This document shows positions 12,794 through 26,105 of a DNA stretch of 64,000 nucleotides, in pieces. Positions within the stretch are counted from its first letter, which is position 1. Every line of letters begins with the position of its first letter. Source of the DNA: Plasmodiophora brassicae (Eukaryota); assembly GCA_036867785.1 (NCBI GenBank), contig CP145409.1, positions 310,001-374,000 of the forward strand. Direction: 5' to 3'. The notes below the pieces were generated by a model. That model made no database searches. It was not told where the DNA came from and saw only the letters and a list, made by a program, of their open reading frames with translations. The translations under genes and the position numbers were made by a program.

Positions 12794-15730
12794 ATGCTGC
12801 TGCTGCTGCCCGATGACTCCGAACTAAACAGCCTGCTCATGGCCGTCACTGTCGATGTGACCGTTTTCGTCGCCTGCCTCGTCGTTTACGTCGTGCGGAC
12901 GCGTCATGTCGCCGACGGGCCCGAAACCCAGTCCCTGATCGGCGTGTCGCCCAAGTTCTCGACGACGTCATCGACGACGACGGCGACGTCGGCCAGGTTC
13001 TATCCGTTCCCGGTCGCGACGATCCTCCGCCAGTTTCCTGACCCGCGGTGTGTGTTTGGGGGGACGAATCGGAATCAGTTGGCGTCCAGCACGCTCAATG
13101 ACGACCAACAGGCCGTATTTCTTCACGAGTAAGTTCTCGTGGGTCGTGATCCGCTTCCTGCAGCTATGCCTGGCGGTGCTCGCCGTGATGACGACGATCG
13201 GCATGACGATCCTGGTGCCCGTCTACCTGTCCGGCGGCAACATCGACAAGTGGGAGGCGATGTCAGCACTTGGACGGGCATCGATCGCAAACGTCAACGG
13301 TTGGTCGGATGCTTCCAGTTCGCCCACAACGTGACATGACAGGTGTGCCATTCAGAGACGGGCCTGATGGTATCGGCGTTTGGCGTGGCTCTCGTCTTCA
13401 TCGTTCTCGTCTGCAGCGTCGCGTCCGGGTTCCTGGACGAGTCGGAGAGATTGCAGAAGGATACTACCGCCCCCGATTCGGTTCAGGCAGTCACGACCGA
13501 CAGGGACGTTCCTGCGATGCCTAGAACCATACACATTAGCGGTACGGCGAATGGAAACGATTGTGCAATCCGGGCTCTCAATGGGACCCTGACGATGCAG
13601 AGATCCCCCGGGTCGGATTCACCGAAAGCCAACTGAGGGAGTACTTAGAGGCCCGATTCCCGGGGCGACAGATCGACCAGGTCCACGTCGTGCCCGACTT
13701 ATCCGAGGCCGCCCTCCTGGCCGAACAATTGGACCAGCTGACGCAAGCGTTGGAGCGCGCGCGCATCTGCCGATCACAGGTACTGTCGCCGTATAATTGT
13801 GTATGATCTGCTTTCCCGCTCAGCCCCTCTCTCACGTAGAGGAACCCAACCTCGGTTGCACGCGCTGCCCAGCTGGAGAATGAGCACCGGCAGCTGACCC
13901 GACAGGTCGCCCTCGCGGTTAGCACTGCCCTCACCAGGCATTCCGTCAATTCTGGCCACGCTTTCGTAGCGTTTCGTACGCGACAACAAGCTCGTGCCGC
14001 TCTAGCGTACCTTCGCGTATGATCGGACCTGGTCAGGTGCATTTAACATCGTGGGGGCTGACCATGCCGACGTTAGGGTCCGGCGAGAAAGGATCCACAT
14101 GGGCAGGCCGTCGGCTTGCCTGGGTGGGTTGTTATGCCCGCCCCTCCTTGCGAGGATATCATCTGGGACAACGTCGCCGTTAGCGCCTCGGTGCGCTGGT
14201 TCCGGTGTTGGATTGGCAACGCGTTCCTTGCCATCATGATGGTCATCATCATCACCCCATCGACCGTCCTGACGTCAGGCGCTCCGTTTGCATTGCGATG
14301 ATCGCCAGTTGCGCTAACTGCCTCTTAGGCCGCTCACCTATATCCTCACTGGAGTGGATTCCGTTCGAGGTTCCTCGTTGGCAGATTCGACGGGCGCGTC
14401 CCTCGTCGGCAGTGCGATGCCCGCTCTGGCGTTATTCTTGGTGAACACAATCATTCTTCCTTGGTATGTTGACACCTAACCGCTACGTGATCCTGTAACG
14501 TTCGACTGTAGGCTGATCCAGCTAATGGCCGATTTTCAACGAGAGTTCCTAGTTACTGAAAGGTTACGCGCAGCGTCACGCTTCAGAATGTCGACAATGA
14601 CCTGTTTCGCCCAGGGAGCGTTCAATTATGTCGAAGCACACACTGTTTCTATTCTTCAACGCCCTGCTGCTGCCGACCTTCTCCTTGAACTCCCTGGCGT
14701 CGTTCATCAATTCTGAGTACGTCCAGGATCTGGTATTTCACCACGTGAACCGGTGCCGTTCTCGCCCCATCTCTTAGACTTCCGCATAGTCGTTCTGGCA
14801 GCAGCAGCTCGGCCTGCTCATCATGTCATCCGGCGGGCAATTCTTCATGATCTACCTCGTGCACGCAGCGCTTCTCGGTCCAGCAGCCGAACTGTTGGAC
14901 GTTAGCGGCATGTTCTGGCGAGCGTACTACAGATATACAGGTGGGTTCCGTCTGCCACGTCATCCGCAAGACGTCATTGACCTAACGCGGCGTCAGCGGT
15001 CACGCGTGCCGAACTGGACCGTTCGAAACAGGTTATCCAGATTCGCCATGCCTGGTGCCAAAGTCGTCCTGATGGGAATCGTACAGCAAACGCGAATCGA
15101 TTGCGGCTACAGCCTTGCCTATCATCTGACCATGTTCGGCTTGGCGCTAACGTACAGGTAGGGAGATGCCCGTCATGTCGGCGTTCAACTCGGTACTGAT
15201 TCCAGCATCAGCGTGACTGTGCCGCTACTGCTCCCTTTCGCTTTGATGTACTTCGTGATCAACGTAGCCGTCATGCGACACCTTATTGATCGCAGGCTGC
15301 GAACAGTCGATGGGTACTGTTGCGTCGTTCACATTGTGAAACGCTCAGTGCTCCTGATGACCGTGTGCAGTGACGCCTTGAACAACATTGTCCCGTCGCT
15401 CGTCCTGTATATGTACTCGTACGTCGTCATCTTTGAACTCGTGATCGCGTCCATCATGGGCATCCAGAAGGCATTCCCGCTGCGGGTATCCGAAACGTGG
15501 TCCCGTACTCGTCACTGTTGGTCATTGTGCTGCCTACGTAGGTGTGTGCCGTTGTCATGGTTGTCGGCGCTATCGTGACGATCCTGACGTACGGCGTGAG
15601 CCAATGGGCGGCCGCTACGAAGCCCAGTCTGCACGCTGTCACCAGTTCAGGCCATGAGCAAGGTTTCGCCAGCGCCTACATGCACCCTTTGCTGCAGTGG
15701 GAACGAAACCACCACGACTGCGATCTCTGA
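12794..15730 (+). CDS. OSCA/CSC1/TMEM63-family mechanosensitive channel, multi-exon
   Basis: RFLQLCLAVLAVMTTIGMTILVPVY..RASIANV; PRTIHISG|IP; FPGRQIDQVHVVPD; SGHAFVAF; PAPPCEDIIWDNV; GQFFMIYLVHAALLG; GYSLAYHLTMFGLALTY|SVTVPLLLPFALMYF. These follow the RSN1_TM/PHM7/RSN1_7TM layout. Confidence 0.88.
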
Positions 15731-15857
15731 TGCTCGCCTGGCAACGATGTTTCTAATAATTCTTGATCGTGGGGGAATGAAAGTGTACATTATGATCTCG
15801 TGTAGAGAGTTCCGTCGACAGTCGAACGTGGGGCCCCACTGCTAGCCGTACTGTGAA

Positions 15858-17445
<1,588 letters not shown>

Positions 17446-17772
17446 CGCGGAGCGCCCCCCCGCCGTGACCAACGCCGCGACGATTCGGGCAGCCAATGTT
17501 GACGCGACGCGAGGCCTCCCGCAAGCTGACTCACGGCACGAGGCACAAATATAGCACGCGCATGAGGCGCAAAAATAGAAGGCGTCCCGTTGCTGGATAT
17601 GTTCTTCTTTAGCGGGATGCAGTTCTGACGTGATATCCGATGCGAATCGCTGCCCGAAGCGTGCGCTGCTGGGTTGTTCGGCGCGTTACTGCTTTCAGTC
17701 CAAATTGCTGAAGTACACACCAGACGATACGGTCCCGTGTATCCATCACATAGAGGCGCGAGGGGACAAGGA

Positions 17773-19771
17773 TCACAAGCTCCATCGCGCCAGCGTCGCA
17801 TGCACGCCATTCCAAATGCACGTGTTGTTGAACGGGACGTATTGCTGGGTGAGCACCTTCAGGGCTTCCTGGGCGGCTAATCCGCCCATGAAGGCGGACG
17901 TGTTGTGCATGGCTGAGGAGCCGAAGCGCGTCAGCTCCTCGAGCGTGTCCACATTGATGCGATCTGCAGGCACGCCGATGCTCTTGAAAATGTCACGCGC
18001 GATCGATTCAGTTTCCTTGACGTCACCGCCTATGTCGTTCGCGTCCCCAGGGTAACGCCCGTGGCGACTGAGGAATACATCGGCACACTTGATTGCAATG
18101 TACCAGTGGATGTCGTTCGGGGGCAAAGCCGGCGGGTCTTCACCTTCCATCTCATCCGACGCCATTGACGACGACACGTCATCTCGAGCTTGCTGTTCTT
18201 CGTCCAACGCTTCGCAAACGACTGCGCGTGCAACATCGTCAATAGCAGGTCCTAGGTCGCAACCAAGAGACCGCATTCGGCAAACGTCAAGCGTTCGGCA
18301 GTTGCGTACGAACAACTCGACCAGCGCATCCGGAATGGTATCATGGCTCATCTTTAGCGAATCGAGACGATCATGTACGTGCCGCAGTACCGCATCACGA
18401 TCACGCTCGGCCTTGCCTTGGTACAGCGCTTTTAGGGCAACGTACGTTTGTGTATCAGCAGTCATGTCAGGAAGGGATGGTGATACGGGTAAGAACCCGC
18501 GCCCTTCACCCGATACGAACCGATTCAGCGCGTTGACCAGTATCCAGAACGGTTCGGTTTGAGGTGACAAGTTGGAATCGTCGGCACGAGGGTCACGAAG
18601 CACACCAGTAACGCGACTGTCAATGCGGAGAGATGGGTCACGTGTCGCGTAATGGTAGTATCGGAGAGCCTCTTCGAAATTCGCAGAGTTCAGACGATCG
18701 TGGGAACTGATTAAGGCCTTGAACTGGGCAATTTCAGAGGCCGACCGGGGAAGCGTTCCATGGGATTGTACCCACTGCCGCCCCAGTTGATACAGGATGG
18801 CAGGGAAAGGAATGTGCGACAGAGCATGCGGGTCAGACGTTGTCAAATCGAATCCAGACAGGAAGCTGGCAAGCTCGGGAAAGGTTCCGGAGCCGATCTG
18901 GTCTTGGTGAATGAATAAGTCTGTCCGATCGGATTCACTGTGCGACTCCATGATGGCGTGCTCCTCAATCGCTACGACATCCGAATGTGAGTACTTTGCA
19001 GTCATCAGAGGCGGGCCTCGGGACCGCTTACCGATTCGTAGGTATCCAATCAGGCCAAAGCCGCGAACGAACATTAAGGGGATTTTCATGGGAAACATGA
19101 CGTCGCAGAGCCTGGCAGCGGCAGCAAGAGGCAACTGACTGGCAAGTACTAGTAAGTATGATTAGCATCTCCTTCGACGGAGCACCCGATAGAAATGTAC
19201 CAAGTTTTGCTTGCTTCAGGCATTGGCGTTCGGGACCGACAGGATTTCCCGCACATGCATTTATCCAGGCAACTGGATCGCGGACAACGGCTTGTATATT
19301 TCGGTCCGGATTCAATTCAGAGAGCAGGAACGCGGTTGCTTCTGCACGCGGGTGCCCGATTTGCGCGGGCTCGACGAAGAAGTTATTGCCAGAGTCGCCT
19401 TCAGACGTTGTCGCGCCATCCACAATTGTGAATCCTGTCATCACGTGTTAATACGTCCGCGAGGATGGCCTGCCTTGTCATACCGCCAACGTTGGCGATG
19501 ATCAGGTTTTTCACGAACTCGGACGCGATTGGCCCTGTTTAACACTGTTAGCATACCCCTTGTCAATCGCGACACGCAATCACGTCCATGCGCGCCGTAC
19601 CGGATCCCAGAACGAGAACGTGCGCCGACTCCAGCGCCGCCTGGCCATGATATCCCCACAGCCTACACGAACACCACACACTCAGCGTCCAGATGAATAA
19701 GCGACGACGACGACGCCGGGTTTGAACCTAATCTGCCGGTCGAACTTGTGTTCGTGGTGCGTATGCTCCAT
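17773..19771 (-). CDS. NAE1: NEDD8-activating enzyme E1 regulatory subunit (APPBP1/ULA1/AXR1)
   Basis: HKFDRQIR|LWGYHGQAALESA; GNNFF; LSELNPD; HIPFPAIL; NFEEA; LPDMTADTQTYVALKALY; AFMGGLAAQEALKVLTQQYVPFNNT. Confidence 0.93.
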
Positions 19772-19904
19772 CTCGGTTGCGATAACGCGATTGCTGCGGC
19801 AGCGACTCAAATAGGTGCGCGGTTCGCGGGCCCGGATGCATTACTCGAGTAACACTTCTAGTTTAGAGTTTAGTATAGCATGAAGCACCCTGTGATCATT
19901 GCAA

Positions 19905-20734
19905 ATGGAACCGGTTACTGAAGTGACACCGGGCCTCCGTTTAATTCGGGTTGATGTGCTGCAAGGCGAAGATATTTCGCGATCGTCAGGTGATATCTGT
20001 ACTGGTCGACCAGAGGGCGGGTGGCAAGTCGCACGATGTTCACGGCGTCGCATTCGACGGTAGAATTCCGAGGTCGCCGTCACTACCAGGTCCAGGACGA
20101 GATCCATCGATGGAACTACCTAATGCATCATGACAACTCGTCGTCGATATCTGAGGTTCGTCGCGCAACATGCCGAATTCACTTCGAGAACGTGACTGTA
20201 CGGGTTAGTTTGCCCCGCCCAAGGGCCTCCGGGAGACGAAGTTCCTCAAAGGATTCAACCGACGCTCGGTTGATCAGATCTGGCCCAACAAGAAGATGGA
20301 CGCGTGCAAGGTCGAGCAGGTACGAAACGGTCGGCGTTTGGGAGCGCCGTCGTTTGCCTGACAAATGTTGGCTTCAGGAGAGGCTCAAGAAGTTAGAGCG
20401 GGTTGAAGAGCGACGTAAAGTGCTTCAGGAGATGAACAAACGAAAAGGCAATCCTATAACGGACCTCCCCCGGCCCCGCCCCGAAGGCAAAAAGATGTTC
20501 CCATCGACGCCGACGCCCGAGCAGGTTCAGGAGACGCTCAACAGGAATCGCACATCCATCTACCGGTTCGCCATCAGCGACCGCAAGAAGAAGCTTCACG
20601 AGAACCGAAACGTGAAGCAGTCCGCGTCCGTGATCGGGTTCGGCAGGAGAGACATCCCGTCACGTGGCGTTCTGGACAACTTTACCGGACACGGCTACGC
20701 GAAACGTGCCACCAACCCATCAATACACCCATGA
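19905..20734 (+). CDS. hypothetical basic protein; start and exon structure uncertain
   Basis: The last exon ERLKKLERVEERRKVLQEMN...RGVLDNFTGHGYAKRATNPSIHP* follows a cag acceptor. Divergent from NAE1. Confidence 0.45.
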
Positions 20735-20747
20735 CCGCCGTTGGCAG

Positions 20748-21467
20748 TTAGAACTTGAACGATTTCATGGATGCTGACTTGTGGCGTTTCCTCGCTGAAG
20801 ATAGACTGGCTTGTCGTTCGGTGACGCGAGCAAGGTTCGCTTCAGCAGCTTGTAGCCTGCTTTGGTAATGTGATGCCATGTTACCGTTGCCTTGGCCGGC
20901 GCTCCGTTTCATAGCCGAACGTACTCGTTCACATTCATCTCTGGCCGCCTCCGCGCGCCCACTCATAGCAAGCAGGCTCGTAGTACATTCTTGTTCCGAT
21001 AACGTCGTCACGCCTTTCGGCGCGTCACTGGCAGTCCTCCGCCGGTTTACGCTGACATTGATAAAGTCGAATACATCAGGAGGTGCTTCGACAGGCGGTT
21101 CGACTTTTGATGGTCGTTGTTTCCTAGGCGCAGTCGAAGGCTGGTAGGCGATCCCGGCGCCAGGCGGCCGCACGTTAATCGGAACCGGGTTAATACGCCC
21201 TTGCCTGCGCTTCCCGAGCCCGGTGCCGAACCGATACCCACTCTTCATCATCAACGCTAACCCAATCCCATTCGTGTTCTGCACCCACGTGCAGAACTCA
21301 TGGTCCGTACTCTGGCAACGTTCGTCGGTCGCCTCCTCCTCCTCGTCTTTCTCGTCCAACCCATACATGGATATAAGACGCTGCTTGCGAACCTCGATGT
21401 CGTCTGTCGCGGCGACGTCGCCCGAGCAGTCGTCGCTGTTCGTCCCTCGCCGACCATCACTGTCCAT
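20748..21467 (-). CDS. G-patch domain protein resembling the ZGPAT C-terminal half
   Basis: WVQNTNGIGLALMMKSGYRFGTGLGKRRQGRINPV is a G-patch. DVFDFIN and a coiled-coil tail ending MKSFKF* follow. Intronless. Confidence 0.85.
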   Translation of the reverse strand: MDSDGRRGTNSDDCSGDVAATDDIEVRKQRLISMYGLDEKDEEEEATDERCQSTDHEFCTWVQNTNGIGLALMMKSGYRFGTGLGKRRQGRINPVPINVRPPGAGIAYQPSTAPRKQRPSKVEPPVEAPPDVFDFINVSVNRRRTASDAPKGVTTLSEQECTTSLLAMSGRAEAARDECERVRSAMKRSAGQGNGNMASHYQSRLQAAEANLARVTERQASLSSARKRHKSASMKSFKF

Positions 21468-21904
21468 GAACTCCGCGGGCGACGGCCTTCCAGATGCAAT
21501 CCGGTGCCACTTTGGCTACTTGGTACACTTTTTATTCGAAAAGAGATAAGCATGTCGTGTACCCTATCGGACAGTTTCCGACACGCTCATGTGCCACTGG
21601 ACATGATCTCGGTTCGGGCGGATCTTGCAAGGTCATGGCCGTGCGCGTACCAAGCCAGGACTGTGTGGATTCCGATGTGTGCGATACGGTCGCAGGTGCA
21701 GTGAGTCCCAGTGGGAGCAGTACCAGCACTGCTGCCGGTGGAACTGTGGAGGTCAACCACCAGGGCGGGTCGCTATTCAAACACGGCGCGCAGCGCATCG
21801 CGTCCGTCGTGTGTCGCTTCATTTTGGGAGGCTGCCGCCGGGTACAGGCGTTGCGCTGCTTCGTGCCCGTGCCTGTGGGCAGAGCCGAGGACAGCGCGCG
21901 AGCG

Positions 21905-22895
21905 ATGTTCCAGCCGGCGGCGGCGGCGGCGGCGGCGCTCGCTGCGATTGACGATGGTGAACCCGTCGTCCCCGACCTACACAGCGAACGCATCAACGAC
22001 GACGAGGCGTTCGTAATCGACCCGAAATTCGAGTCGGAACCTATCCGTTTAGTCGGCGGTTGGATGCTGACGCTGAGTCCGTGCAAGGTTTGAGGCACCG
22101 CAGTACGTCGATCTGATGGTCGAGATGCGTCGGATGTTCGTCGGTGACGATGACGCCGACAGCCAGCGTGACGATGCATGGTTCTCAGAGCGTCACGTTC
22201 ATCATGAGGCCGTTGTGAGCGCGGATCCAGCGGCCTCGGGCCGACCAGTGGTCGAGATCGCGAAACCTTCTGGGAAGGTCAGTGATGACAATAGCAGCAT
22301 CCAAGAACTACTGGACCAGCACAATAAGAAGATTCGCGAGAACCACAACGTTGCAGTTAGATCCCGACGAGATCTGGCTGGCGGCCGTCCAGCGGCAGCC
22401 GTCACCAGGAAACGATCGTCCGTCGTCTCCACCGACCCTGCCAAACTTCGCAAGCGCATTCGCGTTGAAGCGGTCGTCTGCGAGGCACCACGACCTCTCG
22501 CCAGAATGGACCCGCAGTCGAAGGCGTCCCCGACGAAGAAACGAAAGGCACGGCCAGCTGCAACTGGCAAGGAGAACGTCGTTGGTGATGCAGTCGTACC
22601 GAAGATGAAAAAGGGCAGAAACGTGGCGAATGGCAAGGAGGACGTGGACGACATCGCGGCGATGCTCGAGGCCCACAACAAGCAGTTTCGTCCGAAAACG
22701 AAGTACGTCCCGCGACAGCACTCGACCCGCGATATTCGGCAATGGGAACAAGCATCCGGCCGTCGTTGGTATTCGCTGACGCCTGCTGAACGCGAGGACG
22801 TCAATCGGCGAATTGCCGCTGAGAAGGCGGCGGCTACCGCTCAAACCAGTGATCGCCAACGACGGGAGATGCTCACATTGCGAACCTCACGATAA
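21905..22895 (+). CDS. TPX2-like protein with an N-terminal Aurora-binding motif, one intron at about 22033-22087
   Basis: The spliced product IDPKFEFEAPQYVDL...DDDADSQRDDAWF resembles the TPX2 motif (Y/F-x-(Y/F)-D-A-P...D-x-W-F). It also has a KEN box and the NLS-like PTKKRK. Confidence 0.6.
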
Positions 22896-22998
22896 TAGCG
22901 ATTCGACCGCTCATTTCAAAATTATCAACGCAAGAATTCATATGAATATGTCAATACGAGGCCCAGTGCCGTCTGCGTTCTCAGGTTGACAGCGGCTA

Positions 22999-25739
22999 TC
23001 ACTTGCCGTTTCGCCTTGGTGCAGGCCCCCCATTGACGATGGACTTTCGTGCTGGTCGTGGCGCCCTCGAGTACAACGCTTTCAACGCGTCCCGTTTCTC
23101 CTCAATAAGGACGATATCTTTCGCCAACGTCTGCGAATACGCTTCCAGCTCGAGGATATCAGCCTCATTCTTGGCTTCGTCAAACACGATCGTTGCCATG
23201 AGCTTGTCGGCGTCTTGGCATGCAACGCGGTTAACATAGGCCTCCAGGGAATCACCGCTGGTCAGTTCCGGCCTCGAGTAAGGATTGTGGATCGGCCTCT
23301 CAAGGTCGCAGACAATCAGGCTCTCGATATCGTACACGCTGAACGACAGCTGGGTCAGCAGCGACTTCTCGACGACGTCGCGGACGATGGCCACGGCGTC
23401 GCGATCAACGTATCGTGCCAGAGGAAGTCGTTCCGTTGCTTTCGGCTCCGACAGCAGCATGGCCAGACGAGCTTGAGTGCCACAAATGCGACGTTCGAGG
23501 GGCGGTGGAGGTGCCTCTTCCCCATTGCCTGGCTCCTCGTAGACGGGCGACTGATAGTATGCCGTTTCATCGTACGGCGCCTCAACATGATCAGTGCATC
23601 GTGTCTGGTGCTCGAGTTCGCAGAACATCTGAGCCAGGTTACTACCGAGCTTCTAAAACACATGGGGCGCACTCAGTATGAATCCAGAGAACAACCGCGA
23701 CCCAGACTGACCATGTTCAGGAACGATGACTTCGCCCTGACCAGGTGCTTGGCAGCTTCAGCCGAACGTTCCCCATTTTCCGCCACAAACGACAGGTACG
23801 ACTCTGGCAGCACACGTTCAGTGCAAGAAGACGTAATCCGTTGTGCATCATGGGCCGACCGAGGATCTCGTCGATGAACCGGTGGTACTCGGGGTCGTAT
23901 TTGTCTTTCAGCGCACTGGCGACGATTACCCCGATGTGGTTGTACACATGCACGACCCTCGACGTCAGGAAGTCTACCGACGGGATCATGATCTCGCGCA
24001 GCGACCAGTTGACGACCTGGGCAATGGCGTGGTCCCACGATGGCTCCGTGGACGCCTTGATGAAATGCCCGAGGGCGTTCATCCACATGCTGTCGTCGAC
24101 GGGCGGCAGTTCCGCCATGCTGATGATGGCACGGTTTACGTTGAACAGGCGACGAATCTGGGAGACACCAAGCAGTTTGGCGGGAAGTTCCCTCTGCCAG
24201 CCCGACATGGACGCGTTGATCGTCATCATGTCGGACTGAGACATTTCGCGACCCCAGACAAAGACCTTGCCGCCGCTGGACCTGTACCGTGAGTCCTCGT
24301 CCTCGAACGAGACGCCCGACGACAGCGACCCAAGCTTGTCGACGCTCCAGATCGTCGAGTCCTGCTGTGTGACCAGCTTGATCAGGTTCAGGAAATCGGC
24401 CGCCAGCGACGACACCCGCAAACGGATCGACGTCGGGTTCAGGCTTTCCTTGATAGCACGAAGGCCGTCGATCCGGGCAGCCGTCTCCCGTTGCTTCTGC
24501 ATCAGCGCCAGCTGGACGTTCGGGAACTGGGCCGAATAGCTCTCGTACCACTTGCGCTTGATGGCCGACTTGGCGTGCGACAGACCCATGAACTGGCGCC
24601 AGTGTGCAACATCGAAGTCGGGCTGGCCGCTGGACTTCACTTCCGCCAGGCACTTCTCGATCATGTCGGCCTCCAGGCGCTCCAGGTTGCGAATCCGTTC
24701 GACGAGCTCGGAATGCTTCTTCTGCATGAGAGCGGCTCGGTCGACGATCGGCGGTGGGTTGCACGACACGAAGTATTTCGTCAACACGCGTTTGAGTTTC
24801 GGGTTCTCTGGGTCACAGCAATGCCCTTCGAGCTTCAGCGTCAGCGCGTCGCCGTTCTTGGGGAGATTGGCGTCGAAATGTGTCGCGACGAAGAGAGACG
24901 ATTCTTTCCAGCCAGGCCTGGCATGATCGCGGATGAACGAATACAGCATGCCTGTGGAAGTCAGGTTCAGTATCGGGAAGAATGAGTCGAGGACGGCCGG
25001 CGGTGACCCGTTGCGAGATCTTCAGATGCCTTTACAACCATGATGGGGATAACGTTCGGCATTTGCAGATAGCTTCGAACGATATCGCCGATGACGGTGC
25101 ATCGCGGGTCTATTGGCGAGACGATCCCGGGCAGGTCTACGAAGAACAGGTTCGGGCACAGGTCGCTCGTCACGTGCACTTCGAGTTCGTCCATGGAGAA
25201 CCCGGTGGCCGAATGCTCCTCGAGCTGCTGCATGACCTTACCGAGCGCGTCGGGCAACACCTGTAGGGCGCTGCATGAACAGGTGGACGTCGCTGTCACA
25301 GGGCCACACACGCGTACCTTGTAGTCGACGTTGATCGGGCGTGCGACGCTGACGTTCGGGTACAGGTGGGCCACTTCACGTGGCACCTTCACGATATCGC
25401 AGTGGGGCGTCCTCGCCTGGCTGTCAAACTGCAGGAAGAACTTGGTGGGGCACCGGGTGCCCGTATCCTCCTTGATCAGCGTCAACGGTATCCCGACGAA
25501 GAACTCGACCAGCGACGACTTGCTGTGAAACGCGATCATATCAGCACCCATGGTGGTGGGGAAGGAGCGGGCGCCGTTCCATACCCGTGCGACTGCACAC
25601 CGACGAGGCACAGCGTCGGGATCGCATCAGCCGATATCGAATGCGACCGCAGAATGCCGATGATATCCGAGAACAGGCGCCGCTCCTCGAGTTCAGCGGC
25701 CGTCGCCGCGAACGGCTGCTCCACCGCCGGTCCGACCAT
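22999..25739 (-). CDS. dynamin-superfamily GTPase, copy 1, multi-exon
   Basis: G1 IPTLCLVGVQSHG|KSS is split by an intron. G2 GTRCP, G3 FVDLPG and G4-like VATHFD follow, then a long helical stalk. Confidence 0.85.
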
Positions 25740-26105
25740 GTCGTCGTGTAGGGACGACAGCCGAAACGCAATCGGCGATTCAACCAAATGCCCTCAGCCT
25801 GCTTGCTTGCCGCCCATCCCAATCTGGGGTGTCCATTCTATAAACAGAATTTAGCACCCGGCCCGATTTAGGACCTGCTGCTCCGACCGCCTAACTACCT
25901 ATAGTCGCTCTGCCGTCGACGACATAACGAGGCTGTGGCTGCCTCCCCCCGAATGCACTACTGGCAGTACGTGCCCTTGTTGACACCTGCCTTGGGCGAA
26001 CGTGAAAAGGTATTCTGTATTATAAACGGAACCCGTAGGTAGATCGTGGTCGTGGGCGCCGCCAAATCAGGATGCGCCAGCGTTGTCGTTGCTGACAGCC
26101 CTGCC

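Noticed and set aside
13040-13175. Apparent frameshift or premature stop in the OSCA gene
   Set aside because: It can be resolved by a short GT-AG intron (about 13048-13078), so it is not evidence of a pseudogene.
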